A stretch of DNA of 64,000 nt from a candidate division FCPU426 bacterium (GTDB lineage: Bacteria > Oederibacteriota > JAAXVQ01 > JAUVAV01). The notes below the pieces were generated by a model. That model did no database searches. It worked only from the letters and a program-made list of their open reading frames with translations, and was not told the origin of the DNA. The position numbers were made by a program, and so were the translations under genes. Every line of letters begins with the position of its first letter. The stretch's first letter is position 1. This document shows, in pieces, positions 31,910 through 40,119 of this stretch. The stretch covers positions 478,526-542,525 of the forward strand of contig JBFLYH010000002.1 of NCBI GenBank assembly GCA_040756875.1. The letters run 5' to 3'.

Positions 31910-34215
31910 GCCACCTCCCCTTCCGCGCGGGGCGGGGCGACCACTTGCTGATATCCGCAGTTTTCCTGCGGACAGATCCATAGGGTCCCGGTCTTTTTGC
32001 CGTGCTTCTCGACCAGATACGGGTGCCCGCATTGCGGGCAGGCCTGGGCCACCGGCCGGTTCCACGACACGAACTGGCACTCCGGATACCGGCTGCAGCC
32101 GTAGAACATCCGGCCGCGGCGGCTGCGGCGTTCGATCACCTGGCCTGTGCATCCCGGTTTCGGGCAGGCCATGCCGATCTCCTTGTTGATCGACTTGGTG
32201 AATTTGCACTCCGGGTACCGGCTGCACGCCAGGAATTTCCCGAAGCGGCTGTACTTGACCCTCAGCGGGCTGCCGCAGGTCTCGCAGGTGCCGGACACTT
32301 CCTCCTCGGGTTGCACCGTGATGCGGCCGTCGGCGTCCCGGTTGAGGGGCTTGGTGTTGCGGCAGGCGGGATAATTGGAGCAGGCGATGAACTTGCCGTG
32401 CCGGCCCCATTTCACGGTCAGCCGGCCCCCGCATTTTTCGCACACCTCATCCAGCGCCACCTCCACCTCGGACTTGACGTCCTGCATGTCCCGCTGCGCC
32501 CGCTCGAGATCCTGGTGGAAAGAACCGTAGAAATCCTTCAGCACCTGCGTCCACTCGGCTTCGCCGGATTCGATCAGGTCCAGCTTGTCCTCCATGGACG
32601 CGGTGAATTCGATGTTCAGAATGTCCGGAAAATGGGCCACCAGCAGGTCGTTGATGATGATCCCGATCTCCTCCGGATGAAACCGCCCTTCCCGGCGTTC
32701 CACGTAGTTGCGCGCCAGAATGGTGCTGATGATCGGCGCGTACGTGCTGGGACGGCCGATGTTGTTCTCTTCCAGCGCCTTGACCAGCGTGGCGTCGTTG
32801 TAGCGGGCAGGCGGCTGGGTGAATTTCTGCTCCGGCCGCACGCCCAGGCGGTTGAGGGGCTGGCCGTCCGTCAGGACGGGCAGCTGCTTGTCCGTGCTTT
32901 CGCCCCCGGCCTGGCTTTCCGCGTTTTCCGCCCCCTCCTCCGCGGTCTCGGCGTACAATTCCAGGAAGCCGCGAAATTTCAAAACCGACCCCGTGGCGCG
33001 CAGAATATACGGCCCGGCCTGGATGTCCACGCTGGTGGCGTCGTACAGCGCGGGATTCATTTGCGAAGCCAGGAAGCGCTGCCAGATCAGGCGGTACAGC
33101 TTGAACTGGTCGGCCGTCAGGTGCTTCCTCAGGGTCTCCGGCGACTTGTCGGCCGAAAAGTACGTGGGCCGGATCGCCTCGTGGGCGTCCTGCACCGCGC
33201 GCTTGCTGCGGTACTGGGGCGCTTTGTCGGGCAGGTATTCCTGCCCGTACTGGCCCGCAATGTACTCCCGCGCCTGCCCCTGGGCTTCGCTGCTGACGCG
33301 CACCGAGTCCGTGCGCATGTAAGTGATGAGCCCCACCGGACCCTCGCTGCCGATCTCCAAGCCCTCGTACAGCTGTTGGGCCACGAGCATGGTCTTCTTG
33401 CCCGTGAAGTGCAGCTTATTGGCCGCTTCCTGCTGCAGTTTGCTGGTAATGAACGGCGGCGCCGGAAAACGCCGCTGCTCCTTGCGTTCGACCTTGGCCA
33501 CCTGGTACGAGGCGGCTTCCAGTTCCGCCACCACGGCCTGACTGGCGGCTGCATCGTGGAGCTCGAGTTTTTCCCCGTTCTTGCTCAACACCAGGGCCGT
33601 GAACTTCTGGCCGGATTCGGTGGCCAGGTCCACTTCGATTTTCCAGTATTCCACCGGAACGAACTTTTCGATTTCCCGTTCCCGGTTGACAATCAGCCTG
33701 ACGGCCACGGACTGCACCCGGCCCGCGGAAAGCCCCTTGCGCACTTTCTTCCACAGCAGGGGCGAAAGCGAATAACCCACCAAGCGATCCAGAATGCGCC
33801 GGGCCTGCTGGGCGTTGACCAGGTTCTGGTCGATCTCCCGGGGCTGGTGAATCGCCTGCTCGACCGCATGCTGGGTGATTTCATTGAACATCACGCGGTA
33901 GATGACCTTGCTCTTGCCATTCAATTCCTGGTTCAGATGCCAGGAGATGGCTTCCCCTTCCCGGTCCGGGTCAGGCGCCAGATAGATTTTATCCATTTTG
34001 GACGCCAGGCGTTTCAGTTCCTTCAGAATTTTCGAGCGGGAACGGATTGTTATATAATGTGGTTTAAACCCGTCTGCAACGTCCACGCCCAGCTTGCTTT
34101 TAGGCAAATCCCGCACATGACCCATGGAGGCCACGACTTTAAAAGTCTTGCCCAGGATCTTATTGATGGTCTTTGCCTTGGCCGGAGATTCAACTATTAC
34201 CAGATTCTTCTGCAT
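31906..34215 (-). CDS. topA: DNA topoisomerase I with C-terminal zinc ribbons
   Basis: LVIVESPAKAKTI, DPDREGEAI, SAGRVQS, ITYMRTDS, QDAHEAIRPT, GRPSTYA, three C4 zinc ribbons. Confidence 0.97.
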   Translation of the reverse strand: MQKNLVIVESPAKAKTINKILGKTFKVVASMGHVRDLPKSKLGVDVADGFKPHYITIRSRSKILKELKRLASKMDKIYLAPDPDREGEAISWHLNQELNGKSKVIYRVMFNEITQHAVEQAIHQPREIDQNLVNAQQARRILDRLVGYSLSPLLWKKVRKGLSAGRVQSVAVRLIVNREREIEKFVPVEYWKIEVDLATESGQKFTALVLSKNGEKLELHDAAASQAVVAELEAASYQVAKVERKEQRRFPAPPFITSKLQQEAANKLHFTGKKTMLVAQQLYEGLEIGSEGPVGLITYMRTDSVRVSSEAQGQAREYIAGQYGQEYLPDKAPQYRSKRAVQDAHEAIRPTYFSADKSPETLRKHLTADQFKLYRLIWQRFLASQMNPALYDATSVDIQAGPYILRATGSVLKFRGFLELYAETAEEGAENAESQAGGESTDKQLPVLTDGQPLNRLGVRPEQKFTQPPARYNDATLVKALEENNIGRPSTYAPIISTILARNYVERREGRFHPEEIGIIINDLLVAHFPDILNIEFTASMEDKLDLIESGEAEWTQVLKDFYGSFHQDLERAQRDMQDVKSEVEVALDEVCEKCGGRLTVKWGRHGKFIACSNYPACRNTKPLNRDADGRITVQPEEEVSGTCETCGSPLRVKYSRFGKFLACSRYPECKFTKSINKEIGMACPKPGCTGQVIERRSRRGRMFYGCSRYPECQFVSWNRPVAQACPQCGHPYLVEKHGKKTGTLWICPQENCGYQQVVAPPRAEGEVA

Positions 34216-34369
34216 CTTTCCTCGCCGTATATATATAGATAAATGGCCCCGGCCAACGTAGACCAGTGGCCCGGGTTCTTTCCCTCCGAAGAAATCCCAC
34301 AACGCTCTTTCCGGGCACAGTCCCCAAAGGAACCACTGTCCGGGAATGCCTGAGGAGGGATCGAATAAT

Positions 34370-34400
34370 AATTTAAGCACAGGCTGCTTGTAAAAGTCAA
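34370..34400 (-). promoter_or_regulatory. Putative sigma70 promoter of topA
   Basis: Minus strand TTGACT followed 18-19 nt later by TTAAAT/TAAATT, with AT-rich upstream tracts. Confidence 0.45.
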
Positions 34401-34528
34401 TAAATTCCAGGAGAAAACCGAGGCAAGAAAAAAACGATTTCAACACGACATACAGGCGGAATTTTCTTATCGGCAACCACAATTGATTTCTCTAAAATAA
34501 CTTCAATATTTCTACAAAAATAATGACG

Positions 34529-35299
34529 TCATTTGCATTGAATAATACCCAGGCCACTCCTGCAGCCAACGATGCGGTTGGAATCCACTCGTCCGGCGAA
34601 GCGCACGTCCATCGCAAATCCCAGCTTGCTTATTTTTTTTCCGTGCGGAGTGGAAACGAGAAAGCGCGTCCAGTTATTAATGCCGCGCGCCGACCTATAA
34701 GCAGCGCTCGCTTCTCTTGACCAGGTTTTTTCCCAGGCCTGAGGATCAGGGCTGCGTTTTCTCAGGCCGGCCAGCAACTTTCCCAAAACAGCGGTATCCT
34801 CGGGCGAGGTGCGGCCCTGATCGCCGGCTGCCAGCAAGACCAGATGTTTTTCAGGCCTGCTTGCCAGCCTGCTGCAAACCGAGGACAAATTGAGCAGGCT
34901 GAGAATGAACACCCGCCTGGCCGGTGCCGCGGCAGCCAGCGCGCGCGTGCCGTTGCTGGTCGTGAGAACCACTTTTTTGGGAGGAAGGTTCAAAAAAGCC
35001 AAGGGCGAATTGCCCAGGTCAAAACCCCGGACCGCCAAACCACCCCGCTCTCCTGCCAGGTAGCACGGTTCTCCGTCCGCACGCAATTGCGCGGCCGTGC
35101 GCCTGGCTGAAGCCAGCGTGGCGCAGGGCAGAATGCGGGGGCAACCGGCTGCCAGGGCTGCAATCATGGTCGTGGTGGCGCGCAGTACGTCGCACACCAC
35201 GACCGTGGCCCCCCGCACATCCGCGACGCGGACAGCGGCCGGATGCGGAAAAAAGTCTACCCTTGGCCACCAGGATGTGCCGTCTGCCGCTTTACGCAT
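34529..35299 (-). CDS. comB: 2-phosphosulfolactate phosphatase family protein
   Basis: DVLRATTT, LAGERGG, FDLGNSP, LTTSNGT, ED motif. Confidence 0.85.
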   Translation of the reverse strand: MRKAADGTSWWPRVDFFPHPAAVRVADVRGATVVVCDVLRATTTMIAALAAGCPRILPCATLASARRTAAQLRADGEPCYLAGERGGLAVRGFDLGNSPLAFLNLPPKKVVLTTSNGTRALAAAAPARRVFILSLLNLSSVCSRLASRPEKHLVLLAAGDQGRTSPEDTAVLGKLLAGLRKRSPDPQAWEKTWSREASAAYRSARGINNWTRFLVSTPHGKKISKLGFAMDVRFAGRVDSNRIVGCRSGLGIIQCK

Positions 35300-35356
35300 G
35301 GGTTCCCACAGTCTCCGGATCAGTTCTGGACCAGATGAGACGGGCGCGCCCTGTCT

Positions 35357-36121
35357 TCAAAACATCAGGATCAGGGCGCCGGCAATGCTGCCGCTGACCG
35401 CGTTCAAGACCGGCGTGCCGCTGAAAACCGAACGGGACAGGCTGTACTGCAGCTCCAGGCCCCAGCCCGCGCTGTCGCGGTAGCGGAATCCCAGCAGCCC
35501 CTGCCAGCGGGAGCCAGTGCGTTGGGTCGCATAGCGGATGACTTCGATGTCCAGTACGGTGAAATAAATGCTCTCGAAAAAATCCACTCCAGTCCAGGGC
35601 GCGTACCCGGCCAGGGCGGAGAGCGTCAAGCTTGGAGTCACCTGCCACTGGTACCCCAGCAGGCCTTCCGTGTATTGTTCCTGATAGCGCATGAATGTAT
35701 AGTGGCTGGGACCTTCATAATGGGTAAGGTTGCGGTGGGTGTAGCGCGCGCCGGCGGTAAAGCCGCCGAAAAAGCGGTACAGCACCTCGGCGGTCCATTG
35801 ATCCTGGCCGACCCAGTAGAACGGTTCGGCGCTCAGCCTCGGCTGCCCTGGAATGTCCCATTCCCCGCTGACGTTCCAGTCCGACCATCCGCCCGCGAGC
35901 GTGGCCAGCCAGCCGGCTTCGGCCCAGCTCACCCGGGCGTGCGTGAGCGTGCTTTGCAGGACCGTATCGTACTTTTGCCCGACTCCGTCCTCGAACTGGG
36001 TGTGCAGCGTGAAGTATTCCATGCCCGCGCCCGCTTCCCACGCGGCCCCGGCGGTCAACGGCAGCAGGCATCCGGCCGCAGCCGCCAACACCGCCAGCGC
36101 CAAACCCGGTTTGAACGTCAT
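35357..36121 (-). CDS. Hypothetical outer-membrane beta-barrel protein
   Basis: Start MTFKPG overlaps the dprA stop (ATGA); signal peptide ending AGA; alternating aromatic/polar strands; terminal ALILMF. Confidence 0.65.
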   Translation of the reverse strand: MTFKPGLALAVLAAAAGCLLPLTAGAAWEAGAGMEYFTLHTQFEDGVGQKYDTVLQSTLTHARVSWAEAGWLATLAGGWSDWNVSGEWDIPGQPRLSAEPFYWVGQDQWTAEVLYRFFGGFTAGARYTHRNLTHYEGPSHYTFMRYQEQYTEGLLGYQWQVTPSLTLSALAGYAPWTGVDFFESIYFTVLDIEVIRYATQRTGSRWQGLLGFRYRDSAGWGLELQYSLSRSVFSGTPVLNAVSGSIAGALILMF

Positions 36122-37233
36122 ACCGCCTCCCCTGCCCAGAGAAAACACGGGCCCGGACAGCTGCGCACCATTCCCAGCAGTTCCAGGCGCGTCAGCTCGG
36201 CCAGGAGCATGGGCAGCGGCTGCCGGCAGCGCGCAGCCAGCAAGTCGATGTGCAGGGTTTCCGCGCCCAGGGCCTGACGGATCGTCTCCTGGCCGGGCGT
36301 CAGTACCGCGCTGGTGGCCGGGTCCGCGGCTGCCGCCGGAACGGGCATCCGCCGCGGCCGCGAAGATTGCGGCAGTTCCCGCAGAATGTCCTCGGCGCCG
36401 GTGATCAGCTTGGCGCCGTCCTGGATGAGCGCGTGCGCGCCGCGCGATTGGCGCGACTGGTACGGCCCGGGCACCGCGAAAACGTCCCGGCCCTGTTCCC
36501 CGGCCCAGCGCGCCGTGATGAGCGCGCCGGACTCCGGTCCGGCTTCCACGACCACCACGCCCTGCGACAGGCCGCTGATGATCCGGTTGCGGCGCGGGAA
36601 ATGGGCGGGGCGCGGCTCCACGCCCAGCGGAAACTCGCTCAGCACGGCGCCGCTTCCGGCCACGCGTTCGGCCAGACGCTTGTGCTCGGGCGGATACACC
36701 CGGTCCAGCCCGTGCGCCAGCACGGCCAGCGTGCGGCCGCCGGCCCGCAGGGCCGTTTCGTGGGCCTCGGCGTCGATGCCTCGCGCCAGGCCCGAGACGA
36801 TTGCATATCCGGCTGCGACCAGGTCGCGCGTCAACGACCGGGCCGCGGACAATCCGTACTCGCTCGCCCGCCGCGTGCCGACCAGGGCCAGGGCCTGCTG
36901 GTCCCCGGGCTCCAGCCGGCCCCGTACGTACAGCACGGGCGGCGGGCAGGAGGTGAAACGCAGGTTGGCCGGGTAGTCGGATTCCTCCAGGGTCAGCACC
37001 CGCACGCCCAGGCCGGCGGCGCGTTCGCATTCCCGCCGGGCCGCCTCCTCCCAGGCAAAACCCCGGAAGTGTTCGGCCAGGCTGTCGCCGCCGCGCAGGG
37101 CCTGCCAGGCCGCGGCTGGCGCGGAAAAAACCGCGGCCGCGGAACCGCAGCGCTGGGCCAGCAGATGGGCGGTGGACGGACCGATGCCGGGGATGAGATT
37201 GAGGGCAATCCAAGCGAGGCGATCAGCTGGCAT
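36118..37233 (-). CDS. dprA: DNA-processing protein DprA
   Basis: PGIGP, VGTRRASEYG, SGLARGIDAEAH, FPRRNRIISGLS, VEA...SGALITA, FAVPG, LIQDGAK; winged-helix tail. Confidence 0.95.
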   Translation of the reverse strand: MPADRLAWIALNLIPGIGPSTAHLLAQRCGSAAAVFSAPAAAWQALRGGDSLAEHFRGFAWEEAARRECERAAGLGVRVLTLEESDYPANLRFTSCPPPVLYVRGRLEPGDQQALALVGTRRASEYGLSAARSLTRDLVAAGYAIVSGLARGIDAEAHETALRAGGRTLAVLAHGLDRVYPPEHKRLAERVAGSGAVLSEFPLGVEPRPAHFPRRNRIISGLSQGVVVVEAGPESGALITARWAGEQGRDVFAVPGPYQSRQSRGAHALIQDGAKLITGAEDILRELPQSSRPRRMPVPAAAADPATSAVLTPGQETIRQALGAETLHIDLLAARCRQPLPMLLAELTRLELLGMVRSCPGPCFLWAGEAV

Positions 37234-37344
37234 GCGTGCAAATCCTTGTTGAAATCGGCCTTGACTGCTGACAGATATTACCACGACGGCGCGAAGCGCA
37301 CGCAAGAAAACGCCGGGCAGGAAGGAAAATCGAAAAAGCTGCGG

Positions 37345-39477
37345 CTATCCGAACGTTATTTCGATTTCCGCGCCGTCGCGCAGGGGCGTGGTGAAAGCCG
37401 CCTCCTGGCCGTTGACTTTCAGCTTCAGCGGTCCGGCGTTGGGCGGCGGCGTGAGGTTCAGGTCCGCCAGGGCCTGGGACAGGATCGGCGGCTGGCCTCC
37501 GGCGGATTCGACCACGATTTCCGCTTCCGGCGGAACCGGGTCATCCACCCCGGCCGGCTGGCCGTTGAGCAAAATGCGCGCGCCGCCGGTTTCCAGCCAC
37601 TTGGGTTCTCCGTTCACCATGACCTTGATCTGCTGGCGGATGGGCAGTTCGCCGAGCAGGTCGCGGAGGCGGACGGACTCGGGCACGGCCTGCGACCATT
37701 CGATGCGGTCGCCGGGTTTGGGATGGTAATCCGGCGCGCACGGCCGGCCGTTGGCGTGCAACCGCGAGGGATGCATGCGCCGCACTTCGCGCGTTTGTCC
37801 GTTCATGCGGATGGAGATGTTTTCCTCGGCCGGATCGGCGGCCAGGCCGGCTGTTTCCGGAACCAGCTGGGCCAGGCTGCGGTCGGAAACCCAGGCCAGC
37901 TCGCTGCGGTCAGGCAAGGGGTCGTCGCCGGCCGCCGGTTGGCCGTTGGCCGCCAATACGACGGCCAGTTCGATGTTTTGGCCGTTCACGGTGCACCAAA
38001 AAGGCCCCTGCGGCCGCGGCACCTGGGAAGGCCGCAGCACCGCGTCCTGCCCGTCCACCGCCTCGGTCACTTCCACCCGCGAGCCCTCGGCCACCGGGGT
38101 GTCGAGCGTGGCCGGCTTTCCGTCCACGCTCAGCCGGGCCGGTTCGCCGATGGTTCCGGGCACGGTCTGCAGTCGGCCGTCCAGGGTATAGGTCAGGGCC
38201 TGGCCCGGACGGGGGACCAACCGCTTGATCTCGCGGCCCGCGGACAAAAGCGCGTCAAAAACCGTGGGGCGTTCATGCAAGGCCAGCAATTGCACGGCCT
38301 CCTGGTTCACCCGGGCGTCCAGGAATTTGAGTCCCCGGCCGCGCAAGGCGGTCAGGGCGATGCCCAGGGGCGTGACGCCTTCGATGCCGTGCAACCAGGG
38401 CGTGGGGTTGTCCACGCCCGCGATGGTTTCCGGCCCGCGCGCGCCGACGCGGGTGGGTTCGAGTTCCAGCGCTCCAGCCACTGCTTCGCCCAGCCCTGCC
38501 AGGCTGCTGCCGCCGCCGACCATGACCACGGCCCGGGGCGACCCGCCGTTCAACTGCCGGATGGGCTCGGCGATGGCTTGGGCGAGCCGGGCCATATCCT
38601 CGACCAGGGCTTTCCGCACTTCCGCCACGGTCAGGCGCAGCGGCTGGTTGAGGATGCTCACCGCTTCCAGCACGGTGTCAGCCGGCGCGTCGAGCCTGCG
38701 TTTGAGGCGCTCGGCCTCCTGAAAACTGAGCAGATAATGTTCGCACAGCCGTTCGGTCACTTCATCGCCGGCCTGCGTGACCATGGCGTAGCCGAACACC
38801 GAACCGTCGCGCGTCAGGGCGATGTCCGAGGTGCCGGCGCCGATGTCCACCAGCGCGAGGTTCAGGCGGCGCAGGTCCTGCGGCAGCACCGCTTCCAGGG
38901 CCGCGATGGGCTCCAGGGTCAGGCTCGTGGCCTGCAGGCCCGCGCGGCGCAGGACGACCAGCAGCGAATCCACCACCTGGCGCGGCAGGAACGTCGCCAG
39001 CACCTCCACGCCGATTTCCAGGCCCCGGTGGCCGGCAATGTCGTCCAAGGCCTCGCCGTCCACATATTGCCGGACCGTGGAGAACCCGACGCAATGGAGC
39101 TGGCCCGAAGGCTGCAGGCCGGCCTGAGCCTGCCGGACGGCCTCCAGTTCCATTTCCAGCACGGCGGCGTGCTGCACTTCCGCCGGAAACGGCAGCCTCC
39201 GTTTGGCCTGCCCCGGCCGGGTCAGCAGGGCGCGTCCGGCCGCGGCTACGGCCGCGCTGCGGAGCTTCAAGCCCAGATCCGCCTCGAGCGCCGCTTTGAC
39301 CTCGGCCACCACGGCGGCCACGGCCTCGACCTTGTGCACCTGGCCGTCCAGCATGGCGCGGTCCGGGTGTTCCTGCACGCGGGCGGCCAGCACCCGCAGG
39401 CCGCGTTCCCGCGGCTCCACCACCAGTCCCGCGACTTTGCGGGTGCCGATGTCGAGGGCGAAAAGCGGCGCGGTCAC
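37345..39477 (-). CDS. FtsA-like actin-fold ATPase with C-terminal ThiS/MoaD (ubiquitin)-like repeats
   Basis: ALDIGTRKV, LEPIAA, VDIGAGTSD, AGDEVTE, EAERLKR, VGGGS; about five '(V/L/A)(N/D)G.....D.P...G..I' repeats; GTG start overlaps the cheC stop. Confidence 0.8.
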   Translation of the reverse strand: MTAPLFALDIGTRKVAGLVVEPRERGLRVLAARVQEHPDRAMLDGQVHKVEAVAAVVAEVKAALEADLGLKLRSAAVAAAGRALLTRPGQAKRRLPFPAEVQHAAVLEMELEAVRQAQAGLQPSGQLHCVGFSTVRQYVDGEALDDIAGHRGLEIGVEVLATFLPRQVVDSLLVVLRRAGLQATSLTLEPIAALEAVLPQDLRRLNLALVDIGAGTSDIALTRDGSVFGYAMVTQAGDEVTERLCEHYLLSFQEAERLKRRLDAPADTVLEAVSILNQPLRLTVAEVRKALVEDMARLAQAIAEPIRQLNGGSPRAVVMVGGGSSLAGLGEAVAGALELEPTRVGARGPETIAGVDNPTPWLHGIEGVTPLGIALTALRGRGLKFLDARVNQEAVQLLALHERPTVFDALLSAGREIKRLVPRPGQALTYTLDGRLQTVPGTIGEPARLSVDGKPATLDTPVAEGSRVEVTEAVDGQDAVLRPSQVPRPQGPFWCTVNGQNIELAVVLAANGQPAAGDDPLPDRSELAWVSDRSLAQLVPETAGLAADPAEENISIRMNGQTREVRRMHPSRLHANGRPCAPDYHPKPGDRIEWSQAVPESVRLRDLLGELPIRQQIKVMVNGEPKWLETGGARILLNGQPAGVDDPVPPEAEIVVESAGGQPPILSQALADLNLTPPPNAGPLKLKVNGQEAAFTTPLRDGAEIEITFG

Positions 39478-40088
39478 TTGGCCACCTGGATGGCCCGCAG
39501 AATGATGTCGAGGGAGACCTTGTCGGGCATGAGGAAGAAGTACCCTTGGATGACCCGTTGGGATTCCATGAATTCGGTCTCGATGCAGATGACTTCGGCG
39601 CTGGACGGCAACCCCTTGGAAAGCTCGTTTACCACGGCTTCCGCCATGTCGAAGACCAATTGCGGCACGGACTGCAGCAGGAGCAGTCCCAAAAATTCCG
39701 TGAGCGCGTTCAGGTAGGCGCCGGCCAGGATGTTGCCGGCTTCCTTGATGGCCGAGTGCTCCAGCATGGTCAGGGTTTGGCGCTCGCCCGCATCCTGCTT
39801 GGTCAGGAGGCTGGCCAGTTGCAGCGCGCTCTGCCGCGGCAGGATGAGCACGATCTTGGAGGAAATGTCCCCCAACACGTGCATGGTGACGCCGGCCACC
39901 AGGGCCTGGGAACCGCCGACCAGGTCCACCACCCGCGCCAGAGGCAGGCACAGCACCTTGGGCACGGAGATGAGGATTTTCTTGTCGATCAGCTGGGAGA
40001 GCGCCGTGGCCGCGTGGCCGGCGCCGATGTTTCCGACCTCCTTCACGGCGTCCAACTGCAAATCCGACAACGCCCGAATATCCGCCAC
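39474..40088 (-). CDS. cheC: Chemotaxis phosphatase CheC
   Basis: DAVKEVGNIGAGHAATALSQL...ISVP; SAIKEAGNILAGAYLNAL; DMAEA. Confidence 0.92.
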   Translation of the reverse strand: MADIRALSDLQLDAVKEVGNIGAGHAATALSQLIDKKILISVPKVLCLPLARVVDLVGGSQALVAGVTMHVLGDISSKIVLILPRQSALQLASLLTKQDAGERQTLTMLEHSAIKEAGNILAGAYLNALTEFLGLLLLQSVPQLVFDMAEAVVNELSKGLPSSAEVICIETEFMESQRVIQGYFFLMPDKVSLDIILRAIQVAK

Positions 40089-40119
40089 GATCCTACCTCC
40101 CGCTCCCAGAGTGTTTAGC

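Noticed and set aside
34529-35299. comB as a competence gene next to dprA, or as evidence of coenzyme M synthesis
   Set aside because: This ComB is the phosphosulfolactate phosphatase family, unrelated to competence; it is widespread alone and no other CoM genes are present
36250-39717. Very long plus-strand ORFs (1155 aa here; also 3885-5972, 13111-15264, 27798-29804, 32002-34242, 40354-42312, 59696-61393)
   Set aside because: They are antisense shadows of motif-rich minus-strand genes in GC-rich DNA, with no recognisable domains
30758-39951. Long N-terminal extensions in the ORF track (561, 858, 618 and 868 aa versions)
   Set aside because: The extensions are Arg/Pro/Gly-rich read-through over neighbouring genes or intergenic DNA; better starts lie at 31909, 34215, 36121 and 39477 with RBS or stop-start overlaps
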